From: an uncultured Neglectibacter sp.
GTDB taxonomy: Bacteria; Bacillota; Clostridia; Oscillospirales; Acutalibacteraceae
Length of the DNA: 64,000 bases
Reading direction: 5' to 3'
NCBI GenBank assembly: GCA_946554335.1
Contig: CAMNSA010000011.1
Location: 12,158-76,157, forward strand
The notes under the pieces were generated by a model that was not told the origin of the DNA, did not search any database, and saw nothing but the letters and a program-made list of their open reading frames with translations. The position numbers and the translations under genes were made by a program. Positions 19,818 to 29,611 of the stretch are shown in pieces. Numbering within the stretch: position 1 is the first letter of the stretch; the number at the start of each line of letters is the position of its first letter.

Positions 19818-20354
19818 ATGCAGCTTGAAATGCGCAAGGTAAAGCTTAACAGCCCGGAAATCAAACGCATCTATTTTGAAGCATTTCCTCCAAAGGAGCG
19901 TATGCCGTTCCCTATGATGGTGGGAATGTCCAAATTGTGGAATACGGAGTTTCTCGGTTTTTACGATGAGGGGCTTCCTCTAGGCCTTGCATATTTCGCT
20001 TTTAACAGGAAAATGGTGTTTTTGATGTTCCTGGCTGTAGATCAAAGCTTTCGCTCAAAAGGTTATGGAAGCGCTGTGCTGGAACAGATAAAAAGGAAAT
20101 ACTCCGGGCAGAAAATCGTTGTTTCCATTGAGCCCTGCTGGGAGAATACGGAGGATAGGGAAGTCAGGAAAAGACGCAAGGCGTTTTATCTGCAAAACGG
20201 GTATCTGGAGACCGGTTATCTAATGAAGCTGAACGGTGTAACGCAGGAGATCCTTATTGCAAACGGCGCGTTTGCAAAAAAAGAATTTTGCCGGTTTCTC
20301 TTCGCCTACAGCTTCGGCAGTCTGTACCCGAAGCTATGGCTTCAAACCGTTTAG
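19818..20354 (+). CDS. GNAT family N-acetyltransferase
   Basis: FLAVDQSFRSKGYGSAVL, FYLQNGY; GGAGG RBS. Confidence 0.88.
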   Translation: MQLEMRKVKLNSPEIKRIYFEAFPPKERMPFPMMVGMSKLWNTEFLGFYDEGLPLGLAYFAFNRKMVFLMFLAVDQSFRSKGYGSAVLEQIKRKYSGQKIVVSIEPCWENTEDREVRKRRKAFYLQNGYLETGYLMKLNGVTQEILIANGAFAKKEFCRFLFAYSFGSLYPKLWLQTV

Positions 20355-20383
20355 TTCTGCACTTTGTCAGGGAGGGAAGATGT

Positions 20384-20935
20384 ATGAAGCTGCTGTTTTT
20401 ATTTGGCGATGCCGCTGTTGGGAAAATGACGGTGGGGCAGGAGCTGATGAAGCTTACGGGGCTGAGATTATTTCATAATCATATGACTATTGAGCCGGTA
20501 CTGGAGATTTTTGGGAGCTACAACGGCACAGCGATCAACAGGATCCGGCAGGTAGTTTTTGAAGAGTTTGCAAAAACAGACCAATACGGCATGATATTTA
20601 CCTATATGTGGGCTTTTGATCAGAAATCTGACTGGGACTATGTGGAATCGGTTAAGAGCATTTTTCGCCCTTATGGCGCTGAGTTTTATTATGTGGAGCT
20701 GGTAGCTCCCCTCGAAGTGCGCCTGGAAAGGAACAGAACGGAGAACCGGCTTCGCAATAAAGCGTCAAAAAGAGATTTGGAACAGTCTGACCGGCGGCTG
20801 CTGGGCGACGCGGCCCGCTATCGCCTGGAAAGCCTGGACGGCGAGATCCCTTTTGAAAACTATTTAAAAATCGACAATACGGCTCTCTCTCCGGAACTGG
20901 CTGCGCAAAGGATCAAGGAGCAATTTCACCTATAA
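20384..20935 (+). CDS. P-loop kinase / shikimate-kinase-like AAA protein
   Basis: GDAAVGKMTVG P-loop, LFHNHMTIE. Confidence 0.8.
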   Translation: MKLLFLFGDAAVGKMTVGQELMKLTGLRLFHNHMTIEPVLEIFGSYNGTAINRIRQVVFEEFAKTDQYGMIFTYMWAFDQKSDWDYVESVKSIFRPYGAEFYYVELVAPLEVRLERNRTENRLRNKASKRDLEQSDRRLLGDAARYRLESLDGEIPFENYLKIDNTALSPELAAQRIKEQFHL

Positions 20936-21045
20936 GAGCAAAGCCCTTTAAATGACACAGTATAGTCATGACAAGGCATAAAAAAGCCAAGGCAAACCGA
21001 GAAGGTCCGCCTTGGCTCCTTTGTTTTTCGGAAAAAACGCTCTTC

Positions 21046-22056
21046 TTAGCCGATGTTCAGCTTCTCCAGAGTGTTGTTGAGCAGGGTCATCTCGTCGGCG
21101 CTCAGAGACCAGTCGAAGGTGGCGCAGTTCTCTTTTGCCTGGGCGGCATTGGCCACGCCGCAAAGAGCGGTGCCAACAAAGTCCTGCTGAGTGCTCCAGT
21201 TGATGGCAACCTGAGCAACGGGCTTGCCGTGAGCCTCCGCAATGCCGTCGATCACCTTCATCAGCTCCAGGAACTTGTTGAAGGCATCGTCCTGATAGAG
21301 CTTGCCATAGAAGCCCTTGCGAATATCGCCGTCCTTGAAGTTGGGCTTTTCACGGATGGCGCCGGTGAGCAGGCCGGAACCCAGAGAGCCATAGGTGAGG
21401 GAGTCGATGCCTCTCTCAGCGCACCACTTCATCAGGCCGGTAGCCTCGCGGCTGACCATGGAGAAGGGAGGCTGGATCACATCCACCTGGCCCCACTCCT
21501 GGGCCTCGGCAATCAGCTTTTCGTCATGGTTGGAAAGGCCGATATAGCGAATCAGGCCTCTCTTCTTCAGAACATTCAAAGCAGACATGGTCTCTGCCAG
21601 GTCGGTGTTCACATCCGGCCAGTGAATAAAGTAGAAGTCGATGTAATCGGTGCCCAGCAGGGAGAGAGAGCTCTGAACCTCACGCATGATGTTTTTGTAG
21701 CTGGCGTCTCTGCCGGTGAAGGCCTTGCTGCGGCAGGAAGCGGGAACAGGTACCAGACCGCACTTGGTAGAGATCAGGATCTTGCTGCGGTCAAAGTCCC
21801 GAATAGCTTCGCCTACGATTTTTTCGGAAGCACCGTTGCCGTAGCAGGGGGCGGTGTCGATCAGATTTGCACCGCCGTCCAAAGCGGCCTGAATGGCCTC
21901 AATGGCGTCGTTGCGGGCGTTCTGAATTCCTTTGGTAGTGACCTTTCCGGTTTCGTCCTTGACATAGCCGAAACGCTCCAGCTCACCGATTCCCCAGGTG
22001 CCAACAGCGAATTCGGACACATCTACATTGGCGTTCTTAAAATGTTTGTAGCGCAT
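21046..22056 (-). CDS. Aldo/keto reductase
   Basis: GTWG, DTAPCYG, STKCG, IHWPD, YIGLSN motifs. Confidence 0.93.
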   Translation of the reverse strand: MRYKHFKNANVDVSEFAVGTWGIGELERFGYVKDETGKVTTKGIQNARNDAIEAIQAALDGGANLIDTAPCYGNGASEKIVGEAIRDFDRSKILISTKCGLVPVPASCRSKAFTGRDASYKNIMREVQSSLSLLGTDYIDFYFIHWPDVNTDLAETMSALNVLKKRGLIRYIGLSNHDEKLIAEAQEWGQVDVIQPPFSMVSREATGLMKWCAERGIDSLTYGSLGSGLLTGAIREKPNFKDGDIRKGFYGKLYQDDAFNKFLELMKVIDGIAEAHGKPVAQVAINWSTQQDFVGTALCGVANAAQAKENCATFDWSLSADEMTLLNNTLEKLNIG

Positions 22057-22173
22057 GAATTTAGACCTCCGTTTCATATTTTTACGCTAACTTCAAGTAC
22101 AACTCCTGTGCTTCTCCGGTGTACTTTTTATCAATAAGGCTGCGGCATTTTTGCCGCCGCCTCATTTTCAGGC

Positions 22174-23439
22174 TCATTCTTCGTCATCGGAAGGCTCTTC
22201 GTGCTTTCCGGTCACAACGATCTCCGTGACCCGGTTGTTTTCTACCTGCCTGACGGAAAAGGTGAGACCCTCAAAGCAGAAGGAATCTCCCGCTTCCGGG
22301 ATCCGGTCCAGCTTTTCCAGAATCCACCCGTTGATGGTGGAGGCGTCTGTTTCACAGGAAAGGCGGAAGAATTCAAAAAGATCGTCCAGATCTGCGGAGC
22401 ACAGCACCCGGTAGGCGTCTTCTCCAATCTTCAAAAAGCTTTCCTGGGCGATGGTATCGTGCTCGTCCCAGATCTCTCCTACCAGCTCCTCAATTACATC
22501 CTCCAGCGTGACCACGCCTTCGGTGCCGCCGAACTCGTCTATAATGACGGCCATATGGAGCTTGTTTTGCTGTAATAATTTTAACAGCGTAGAGATCTTC
22601 ATGGACGGGGGAATGTACTCTGCGGGCTTGAGAATACTGTCGATCTCTTTCTCGGTTCCCCAGACATAACTGTAGAAGTTTTTCTCGTGGATCACGCCTA
22701 AGATCCGGTCAATAGTCTCCTCGTAAACCGGGAGGCGGGAGTAGCCGGTCTCCCGAAAGATCTGAGCCACCTGCTCTTTGGAGGCGTCCTTCGGAACCGC
22801 CGCCACATCCACGCGGGGGGTCATGATGTCAATGGCTTCAATATCGTCGAACTCAATGACATTGCGCAGCATGTCGCTTTCGCTCTTATTGATGCCGCCC
22901 TCCTGCTCTGCCTCGTCCACAATGGTGAGCAGCTCGCTTTCTGTCATGGAGCGGCTGGAGTTTCCCTTAAAGAGCTTGGAAAGTCCCTTTTTCAGCATGG
23001 AAAACAGGAAATTGACAGGCTTGAGCAGTACCACCAGGCCGCGCATAACGGGGGCGGTAAACATGGCAAAACGCTCCGCGTTCTCCTTGGCAAGGCTCTT
23101 GGGAGATACCTCGCCGAAAATCAACACCACGACGGTCATGATGACAGTGGAAAGCGTAGGGCCAGTGCTGCTGCCAAAAGCTGAGACAAACAACACAGTG
23201 GCGATGGAAGCCGAAGCAATATTGACAATATTGTTTCCCACCAAGATCGTGGAGAGCAGCTCATCATAATTTTCTGAGAGCTCATAAGCGAGCTTAGCCC
23301 GCTTATTTCCTTCAGAGGCCAGGTTCTTCAGCCGGATCCGATTGAGGGAAGAGAAGGCCGTTTCCGTGGCGGAAAAATAAGCGGAAAGAATAATCAGAAT
23401 GATCAAAACAAGAATCAGTGTCGTACTGTGACTGTCCAT
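22174..23439 (-). CDS. HlyC/CorC (CNNM) family CBS-domain membrane protein
   Basis: FSATETAFSS, GEVSPK, CBS pair (MTPRVD, DEFGGTEG), CorC domain. Confidence 0.93.
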   Translation of the reverse strand: MDSHSTTLILVLIILIILSAYFSATETAFSSLNRIRLKNLASEGNKRAKLAYELSENYDELLSTILVGNNIVNIASASIATVLFVSAFGSSTGPTLSTVIMTVVVLIFGEVSPKSLAKENAERFAMFTAPVMRGLVVLLKPVNFLFSMLKKGLSKLFKGNSSRSMTESELLTIVDEAEQEGGINKSESDMLRNVIEFDDIEAIDIMTPRVDVAAVPKDASKEQVAQIFRETGYSRLPVYEETIDRILGVIHEKNFYSYVWGTEKEIDSILKPAEYIPPSMKISTLLKLLQQNKLHMAVIIDEFGGTEGVVTLEDVIEELVGEIWDEHDTIAQESFLKIGEDAYRVLCSADLDDLFEFFRLSCETDASTINGWILEKLDRIPEAGDSFCFEGLTFSVRQVENNRVTEIVVTGKHEEPSDDEE

Positions 23440-23548
23440 AGAGGAGAAAACCACAACCTTTAATAGTCATTTATTTAGAAAGTATTATAGCATGGTTTTA
23501 TGACAAATTCAAGGAAGAGACAGGAGTTTCCCTGGAAAAGGGGAAAAC

Positions 23549-24847
23549 TCAAGCCTTGCCGGGAGACAAGACCACCTGAGGCTTTTTTGCGGCGTCCGGC
23601 AGCGGCTGCTTGAAAACCTTCTGGATCAACGGGAAGCTGATGAGGAAGAGGCAGACCGCACTCAGGATCATGCCGCCTGCTGTAAAGTAGAAAGCTTTTA
23701 CACCAAATGCGGCAATCATCTGGCCTCCCAAAAGGTTTCCGAGAATGCCCGCGATGGAATTGGTCGCGCCGTTGATGGTCTGGGCAGTGGCTTTCAGATG
23801 GTCGGGAGCCAGGCGGTAAACATAGTTGGTGCTGATGCCGATAAAGAGGCCGCCGCCGATGCCCTGAAGCGTGACGAAAATCATCAGGTGTGTAAAACTG
23901 CCGGCCAGGGAGTACAGCATCATCTCCGCAGAATAGCAGATACCGGCGGCGACGATAATGGCGGGCATCCGGAATTTCTTTCTCAGACGCACCATAATGA
24001 TCAGCATGGGGATCTCCATCAGAGCCTTGTAGCCGGTCATGATCCCGTAAAGGGAGCTGTCTGCTCCTACGGATTCGATCAGATAGGGCATGAAGGTGAA
24101 GGAGCAGTTCAGGGGGATATTCAAAGCGACAGCGAAAATGAGATAAAATACATAATAATAATTATGGAAGAGCTCGCCGATGTGCATTTCCCGGAAGGAG
24201 AGAGTCTTGCCTTTGGTCTGGGCGTCATTTTTGATGGAGAAGGCCACCAGAGCCAAGGGAACGGCCACCACCGAGAAGCAGACGAAGGCGTACTGAACGC
24301 CGATCATAGGCAGGATCGCGCTGAGGCCCATAGACATGACAGCGAAGCTAATACTTCCCCAAAGCCGGATACCGCCGTAATTGAGCCCCTGCCGGTTGGA
24401 GGCTTGAACGACCCAGGTGTCCACCAAAGCGCCAGTGGGATTGCGGAAGAAGCAGGAGACGGGGATGATCAGATTCGCAAGAAGCACCGGACCCAGGTGA
24501 TGCCGGGCAAGCACCGGGATGAGGGGAACAAGGACTGCGCTGACCAGAGTGGCAAAAATAAACACCTTCTTCACGGAGCGCAGCTTATCGCTTAACGCTC
24601 CCCAAAGAGGGGTAGCCAGAATGCTGACAGCAGAATTTAGGGCGCTGATGGTGCCCACCTGAGTGGGATCCATGCCGATCCCCTGCAGGTAAACGGTGGT
24701 AAAGGAATTGGTAGCGGCGGCAAACCAGTACATGAACTCCAGTCCGGAATATTGGAAGTATTCCCTTCCCAAGCTCATCCGCATATTTTTTGCCCGGGCG
24801 GGAATCCTTCCCAGGGCTTCTGAAATCTTCATCGTATACCACTCCAT
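23549..24847 (-). CDS. MFS transporter (MFS_1-like sugar/nucleoside permease)
   Basis: ~12 TM helices, WGALSDK, YGGIRLWGS; start approximate. Confidence 0.88.
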   Translation of the reverse strand: MEWYTMKISEALGRIPARAKNMRMSLGREYFQYSGLEFMYWFAAATNSFTTVYLQGIGMDPTQVGTISALNSAVSILATPLWGALSDKLRSVKKVFIFATLVSAVLVPLIPVLARHHLGPVLLANLIIPVSCFFRNPTGALVDTWVVQASNRQGLNYGGIRLWGSISFAVMSMGLSAILPMIGVQYAFVCFSVVAVPLALVAFSIKNDAQTKGKTLSFREMHIGELFHNYYYVFYLIFAVALNIPLNCSFTFMPYLIESVGADSSLYGIMTGYKALMEIPMLIIMVRLRKKFRMPAIIVAAGICYSAEMMLYSLAGSFTHLMIFVTLQGIGGGLFIGISTNYVYRLAPDHLKATAQTINGATNSIAGILGNLLGGQMIAAFGVKAFYFTAGGMILSAVCLFLISFPLIQKVFKQPLPDAAKKPQVVLSPGKA

Positions 24848-25003
24848 GGCGCACCACCCGGCGCGCATAATAAGATAAAACCAAAGTCGATTATAAAACT
24901 TCGATGAGAAAAATCCAATGGGGATTCCCGACTTTTATCTGTACGATTCCGATTTTTTCCTTCCTTCTTCTGCCTGCTTGCAAGGAGTGAAATTTATGGT
25001 AAA

Positions 25004-25027
25004 ATGGTTGCAGAATTCTGCAACCAT
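25004..25027. promoter_or_regulatory. Perfect 24-bp palindrome, putative operator
   Basis: ATGGTTGCAGAATTCTGCAACCAT overlaps the end of a TTGCAA-16-TAAAAT promoter pointing toward the Tet-family gene. Confidence 0.55.
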
Positions 25028-25186
25028 CATAGAGAAGCCTCTAAACAGAAAAAAGCTTTAGCTTTTTTCAAGAAGCGATTTCCTTTTCTCGCAGGCTTGA
25101 AAAGTACCGGGCTTCTCCAATGCAGGCGTCTCTTTTGGCGTTTGTGATGGAATGGTAGCGAAAAGCAGGAGAGGAGAGGAGAAGCT

Positions 25187-27133
25187 GTGAGCGAAAAGAC
25201 GCTTAATCTGGGGATCGTAGCCCATGCGGACGCCGGAAAAACCACGCTGACAGAACAAATTTTGTACTTTAGCGGCTCGATTCGGAAAATGGGCAGCGTA
25301 GACGAAGGCACTGCCAGCACGGACACGCTGCCCATTGAGCGCAGCCGCGGAATCTCCGTCAAGTCAGGAAGCGTCAGTGTGAGCTGGAATGATGTAACGC
25401 TGAATTTCATTGACGCGCCGGGACATTCCGACTTTCTCAGCGAGGTGGAGCGTTCGTTAAGCGTATTGGATGCCGCTGTACTGGTGGTATCGTGCGTGGA
25501 GGGCGTCCAGCCACAGGCGCGTATGCTCATTGAAGCTGTAGTAAAAATGCAGCTTCCCTGCTTTCTCTTTCTCAATAAATGCGACAGGGCCGGAAGCCGC
25601 AGCCGGGAGGTTTTGAAAGAGCTTCAGGATCTATTTGGTATTCCCTGCCTTTTGTTTTCAGAGGTAGAGAGTGAGGGAAGCGATTCCCTTTCGGAGCAGC
25701 CGGTAGAATTATTGGGAGAACGCCTGGAGGATGCTGTGATGGCCTGTGGGGAAGAGAGGCTTTTAGAACAGTATCTGAATTCCCCTGAAAAGGCAAAACA
25801 GGAGCTTTCTACAGCGCTCAGCCGCGCTGTGGGAAAGGCAAAGCTCGTCCCGACGGTGTGCGGTTCCTCCAAGCTGGGGATAGGAGTATCGCCTCTTTTG
25901 CAGGCAATTTCCTCTTTTTTGCCCCAGCGGGTTTCAAAGGAGAAAGAGCTTTGCGCCAGAGTGTATCAGGTAGAACATGACCCGGCGATGGGAAGGGGCG
26001 CCTATGTGCGTCTGTTTGCCGGAACGCTTTCCAGCCGGGACGCGGTGCTGATGCCGGACGGGACGGAGGAAAAGGTGACGGTGATCCGGAAAATCGCGGG
26101 GCGCAGACAGGAGGACGCTCCCAGGGTGGAGACCAATGAGATTGCTCTGGTATATGGGCTTTCCACGGTTCGTGCCGGAGATCTTTTGGGAAAGCCGTGC
26201 TCCGGCTTGCGGGAATACCGGCTATGTGAGCCCTTGATGATCTCCAAGGTAGAGACGGATCAGGAAGGCCTGGAAAAAGCCTTGGGGGAACTCTGCGCGG
26301 AGGATCCGTCCCTTGCGTTCCAGTGGAACCGGGAAAAGCGGGAGGCCTGGGTCCATCTGACCGGACGAATTCAGGCAGAAGTGCTGCAAAGCGTATTAAA
26401 GGAGCGCTGGGGGATCGAGGCAAGCCTCTCGAAGCCCTCTGTGATCTATCGGGAAACGCCTCAGAAAAGCGCGGAGGGCTTTGAAGCCTATTTGGCGCCC
26501 AAACCCTGCTGGGCGGTGGTAAGGCTTCTTTTGGAGCCGCTGCCCCGGGGAAGCGGGGTGGAATATGAGTCCGGGGTGTCGCCGGGGAGGCTTGCTTACC
26601 GCTACCAGACCCATATCAAACGGGCCTTTTTCGACGCGCTGAAGGAGGGGCTCTCAGGCTGGGAGATCACAGACCTTAAGGCGACCCTCATAGACGGGGA
26701 GTCTCACCATGTGCACACCCATCCGCTGGACTTTTTTGTGGCGACGCCCATGGCGGTGATGAATGGGATGCAGCAGGCGGGAAGCAAGCTTCTGGAGCCC
26801 ATCCTCCGGCTGGAGATCACCGCCCCCAAGGAATACCTCGGAAAGGTCATCAGTCTGGTGACCGGGCACAGAGGACGCTTTGAAACGCCGCTTATGAGGG
26901 AGAAGGAATTTGAGCTTGAGGCCCTTGTTCCCGCGGCGGAGTCCTTTGATTTTCCGGTAGAGCTGGCGGCCGCGTCGGCGGGCAACGGCATGTGTTCCTC
27001 TCGGTTTTCCCATTATGAGGACTGCCCTCCGGGAATGGGGTGCGCCCGGGAGAGGATTACGCCGGATCCGCTGGATAGAGCCAGGTTTATCCTGTGGGCG
27101 CGCTCTGCTCTCAGCGACGGGGAGTCCGCCTGA
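25187..27133 (+). CDS. EF-G-like GTPase of the TetM/TetO/TetB(P)/OtrA ribosomal protection family (divergent)
   Basis: AHADAGKTT, RGISV, DAPGH, NKCD; 648 aa; five-domain layout with VIYRETP and HHVHTHPLDF in domain IV. Confidence 0.85.
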   Translation: MSEKTLNLGIVAHADAGKTTLTEQILYFSGSIRKMGSVDEGTASTDTLPIERSRGISVKSGSVSVSWNDVTLNFIDAPGHSDFLSEVERSLSVLDAAVLVVSCVEGVQPQARMLIEAVVKMQLPCFLFLNKCDRAGSRSREVLKELQDLFGIPCLLFSEVESEGSDSLSEQPVELLGERLEDAVMACGEERLLEQYLNSPEKAKQELSTALSRAVGKAKLVPTVCGSSKLGIGVSPLLQAISSFLPQRVSKEKELCARVYQVEHDPAMGRGAYVRLFAGTLSSRDAVLMPDGTEEKVTVIRKIAGRRQEDAPRVETNEIALVYGLSTVRAGDLLGKPCSGLREYRLCEPLMISKVETDQEGLEKALGELCAEDPSLAFQWNREKREAWVHLTGRIQAEVLQSVLKERWGIEASLSKPSVIYRETPQKSAEGFEAYLAPKPCWAVVRLLLEPLPRGSGVEYESGVSPGRLAYRYQTHIKRAFFDALKEGLSGWEITDLKATLIDGESHHVHTHPLDFFVATPMAVMNGMQQAGSKLLEPILRLEITAPKEYLGKVISLVTGHRGRFETPLMREKEFELEALVPAAESFDFPVELAAASAGNGMCSSRFSHYEDCPPGMGCARERITPDPLDRARFILWARSALSDGESA

Positions 27134-27153
27134 AAAGAGTTTGCAAAAACATC

Positions 27154-27184
27154 TTGACTTAAAGCAAACTTTAATTGCTATACT
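27154..27184 (+). promoter_or_regulatory. MerR-type promoter with AdhR/NmlR-like dyad
   Basis: TTGACT-19 bp-TATACT containing CTTAAAG-CAAA-CTTTAAT. Confidence 0.75.
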
Positions 27185-27256
27185 GTTTTTCAGAAAACGG
27201 GGGACGGGTCAAGGCTTTGCCCAGGCCATCCCCATTTTACAGATCGGGAGGACGGT

Positions 27257-28108
27257 ATGAAGGAAGAACGATATGAGGATCTGGTGCTGGACGAGGAAAG
27301 AGCCCTTTACGGCGTTCACGGGGCGCTGATCCGCCGCTGCGCTTTTCGCGGCCCGGCGGACGGGGAGTCTGCCTTAAAGGAGTGTGGGGAGATCCAGGTG
27401 GAAGACAGCGAGTTCCTGCTTCGCTATCCCCTCTGGCATGTGACTAAGGGCAGGCTGCTTCGCTGCCGGATGGAGGACACCTGCCGGGCGGCCCTCTGGT
27501 ATGACCGGGGGCTTTCTCTGGAAAATTGCGAGCTGAATGGGATCAAGGCGCTGCGGGAATGTGATGAGATCACTCTGAAGGACTGCCGGGCAGACTCTCA
27601 GGAATTCGGGTGGTTCTGCCGTGGCGTAAAGTCGGATAACCTTACATTAAAAGGGGAATATCCCTTCCTTCAGGGGCGGAACCTGGAATTTGACCGGCTG
27701 AACCTGACGGGTAAATATTCCTTCCAGTATGTGGAGCATATGGAGATCAAAAATTCTGTTCTCGACACGAAGGACGCCTTTTGGCACAGCAGGAATGTGA
27801 CGGTGACAGACAGCGTCGTCAAAGGAGAGTATCTTGCTTGGTATTCGGAAAACCTCCGGCTGGTGCGGTGCCGGATCATCGGGACTCAGCCCCTTTGCTA
27901 CTGCAAGGGACTTACGCTGGAGGACTGTGAGATGGAGGGGACGGATCTGTCCTTTGAGAACAGCGAGGTGAACGCCGCCATTTCAGGAGATATCCTCAGT
28001 GTGAAAAATCCCCTTCACGGGAGAATCACTGCCGGGAAGATCGGCGAGGTGATTTTAGACGAGAATCTGCCCGACTGGGCAGACTGTCAGATCTGTCAGG
28101 GGGAATAA
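27257..28108 (+). CDS. DUF3737 family protein (beta-helix)
   Basis: DEERALYG, ESALKE, RYPLWH, KDAFWH, GEYLAWYS, GTQPLCY. Confidence 0.88.
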   Translation: MKEERYEDLVLDEERALYGVHGALIRRCAFRGPADGESALKECGEIQVEDSEFLLRYPLWHVTKGRLLRCRMEDTCRAALWYDRGLSLENCELNGIKALRECDEITLKDCRADSQEFGWFCRGVKSDNLTLKGEYPFLQGRNLEFDRLNLTGKYSFQYVEHMEIKNSVLDTKDAFWHSRNVTVTDSVVKGEYLAWYSENLRLVRCRIIGTQPLCYCKGLTLEDCEMEGTDLSFENSEVNAAISGDILSVKNPLHGRITAGKIGEVILDENLPDWADCQICQGE

Positions 28109-28155
28109 AATAACATTTTATAAAATAGCATTTTAAAAGAGAGGGAGAGATCGGC

Positions 28156-29073
28156 TTGAAACAGATCAATATCGGAGGCTCCGGCCTGCAGGGCTCAGAA
28201 ATCGTGCTGGGCTGTATGCGGATCAGCGAGATGGGAGAAAGCGCGCTGGAAAAGCACATTCGCACAGCGCTGGAATGTGGGGTCAACCACTTTGACCACG
28301 CGGATATCTACGGCGGCGGAGAGAGCGAACGGCTGTTCGGAAAGGTGCTGAAAAACGCGCCCCAGCTGCGGGAAAAGATGGTTTTGCAGAGCAAGTGCGG
28401 GATTCGCCCGGGCAGGTATGATTTTTCCAAGGAGCATATTCTGGAAAGCGTGGACGGTATTCTTTCCCGGCTGGGCGTGGAATATCTGGACCTTCTGCTT
28501 CTGCACCGGCCGGACGCCCTGATGGAGCCGGAAGAGGTGGCCGAGGCTTTTGATTCCCTGGAGGCTTCCGGGAAGGTGCGCAAATTCGGCGTCAGTAATT
28601 TTAACGCCCGGCAGCTGGAGCTGCTGCAAGCTGCCTTAAAGCAGAAGCTGGTGGTCAATCAGCTTCAGTTCGGCGTCATGCACACGGGGATGATCAACCA
28701 CGCGCTGTGCGCCAACACGAAGTTCCCGGGCAGCGAGGACAGAGACGGCGAGATTCTGGATTACTGCCGTTTGAAGGGGATCACCATTCAGGCCTGGTCT
28801 CCCTTCCAGTACGGCTTCTTTGAAGGGGTTTTCCTTGATAACGGGAAGTTCCCGGAGCTCAACGCCGCCTTAAAGGAGCTTTCCGGAAAATATCAGGCGA
28901 CTCCCACGGCCCTTGCCGCCGCCTGGATCCTCCGGCACCCTGCCAAAATGCAGGTGATCGCCGGGACCACCAACCCCCAGCGTTTGCAGGAGATCTGCAC
29001 CGCGTGTGAGATTTCCCTTTCCCGGGAGGACTGGTACAAGATCTATTTGAGCGCGGGAAACCGCCTGCCCTGA
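28156..29073 (+). CDS. Aldo/keto reductase (YcsN-like)
   Basis: LGCMR, DHADIYG, SKCG, LLHRPD, GVSN; TTG start. Confidence 0.93.
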   Translation: MKQINIGGSGLQGSEIVLGCMRISEMGESALEKHIRTALECGVNHFDHADIYGGGESERLFGKVLKNAPQLREKMVLQSKCGIRPGRYDFSKEHILESVDGILSRLGVEYLDLLLLHRPDALMEPEEVAEAFDSLEASGKVRKFGVSNFNARQLELLQAALKQKLVVNQLQFGVMHTGMINHALCANTKFPGSEDRDGEILDYCRLKGITIQAWSPFQYGFFEGVFLDNGKFPELNAALKELSGKYQATPTALAAAWILRHPAKMQVIAGTTNPQRLQEICTACEISLSREDWYKIYLSAGNRLP

Positions 29074-29173
29074 GAGACGGAAAAAGTCGATCCGGACGAA
29101 ACAGAAGCTCCCCGTCCAAAGCCATACCATGCGGCTTTGGACGGGGAGCTTCTCTATAAACGCTCTTCTCTTA

Positions 29174-29530
29174 TCAGGCTTTATCTCTGGGCTTTGCCGC
29201 CAGGGCGGCCAGGTAGCCAAAAAATACGGCGGCGGCAATGCCGGCCGCTCCTGCGGTGACGCCGCCGGTAAATACCCCAAGAAACCCCTGCTTATTGATG
29301 GCTTCCCGCACGCCCTCCGAGAGCGCCCAGCCGAAGCCGGAAAGGGGAACGGTGGCGCCGCAGCCGGCAAAATCCGCCAGGGGGCCGTAAAGTCCCAAAG
29401 CCCCCAGAGCCACGCCCAGAGTAACATAGAGGACCATGATCCGCGCTGGGGTGAGCTTACTCAGGTCGATGAGCAGCTGCCCCATGACGCAGATCAGGCC
29501 GCCCACCCAGAATGCGTTCAGGTATTCCAT
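29174..29530 (-). CDS. spoVAE: Stage V sporulation protein AE
   Basis: AFWVGGLICVMGQLLIDLSKLTPARIMV...FAGCGATVPLSGFG. Confidence 0.88.
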   Translation of the reverse strand: MEYLNAFWVGGLICVMGQLLIDLSKLTPARIMVLYVTLGVALGALGLYGPLADFAGCGATVPLSGFGWALSEGVREAINKQGFLGVFTGGVTAGAAGIAAAVFFGYLAALAAKPRDKA

Positions 29531-29611
29531 TTGGTTTCCAGTCCTTTCTTCCGGTTTTCTCTTAGTGTTTTCCGGAAAAAGAGAAATATGCGACTGGGCC
29601 GGAAAGAAGGC

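Noticed and set aside
25004-25147. TetM-like leader peptide (MVAEFCNHH...)
   Set aside because: Its ATG overlaps the predicted -10 box, so it would not be on that transcript; it has no RBS.
29174-29530. spoVAE separated from spoVAC/spoVAD as a novelty
   Set aside because: Split spoVA clusters are common in Clostridia, and nothing else here is unusual.
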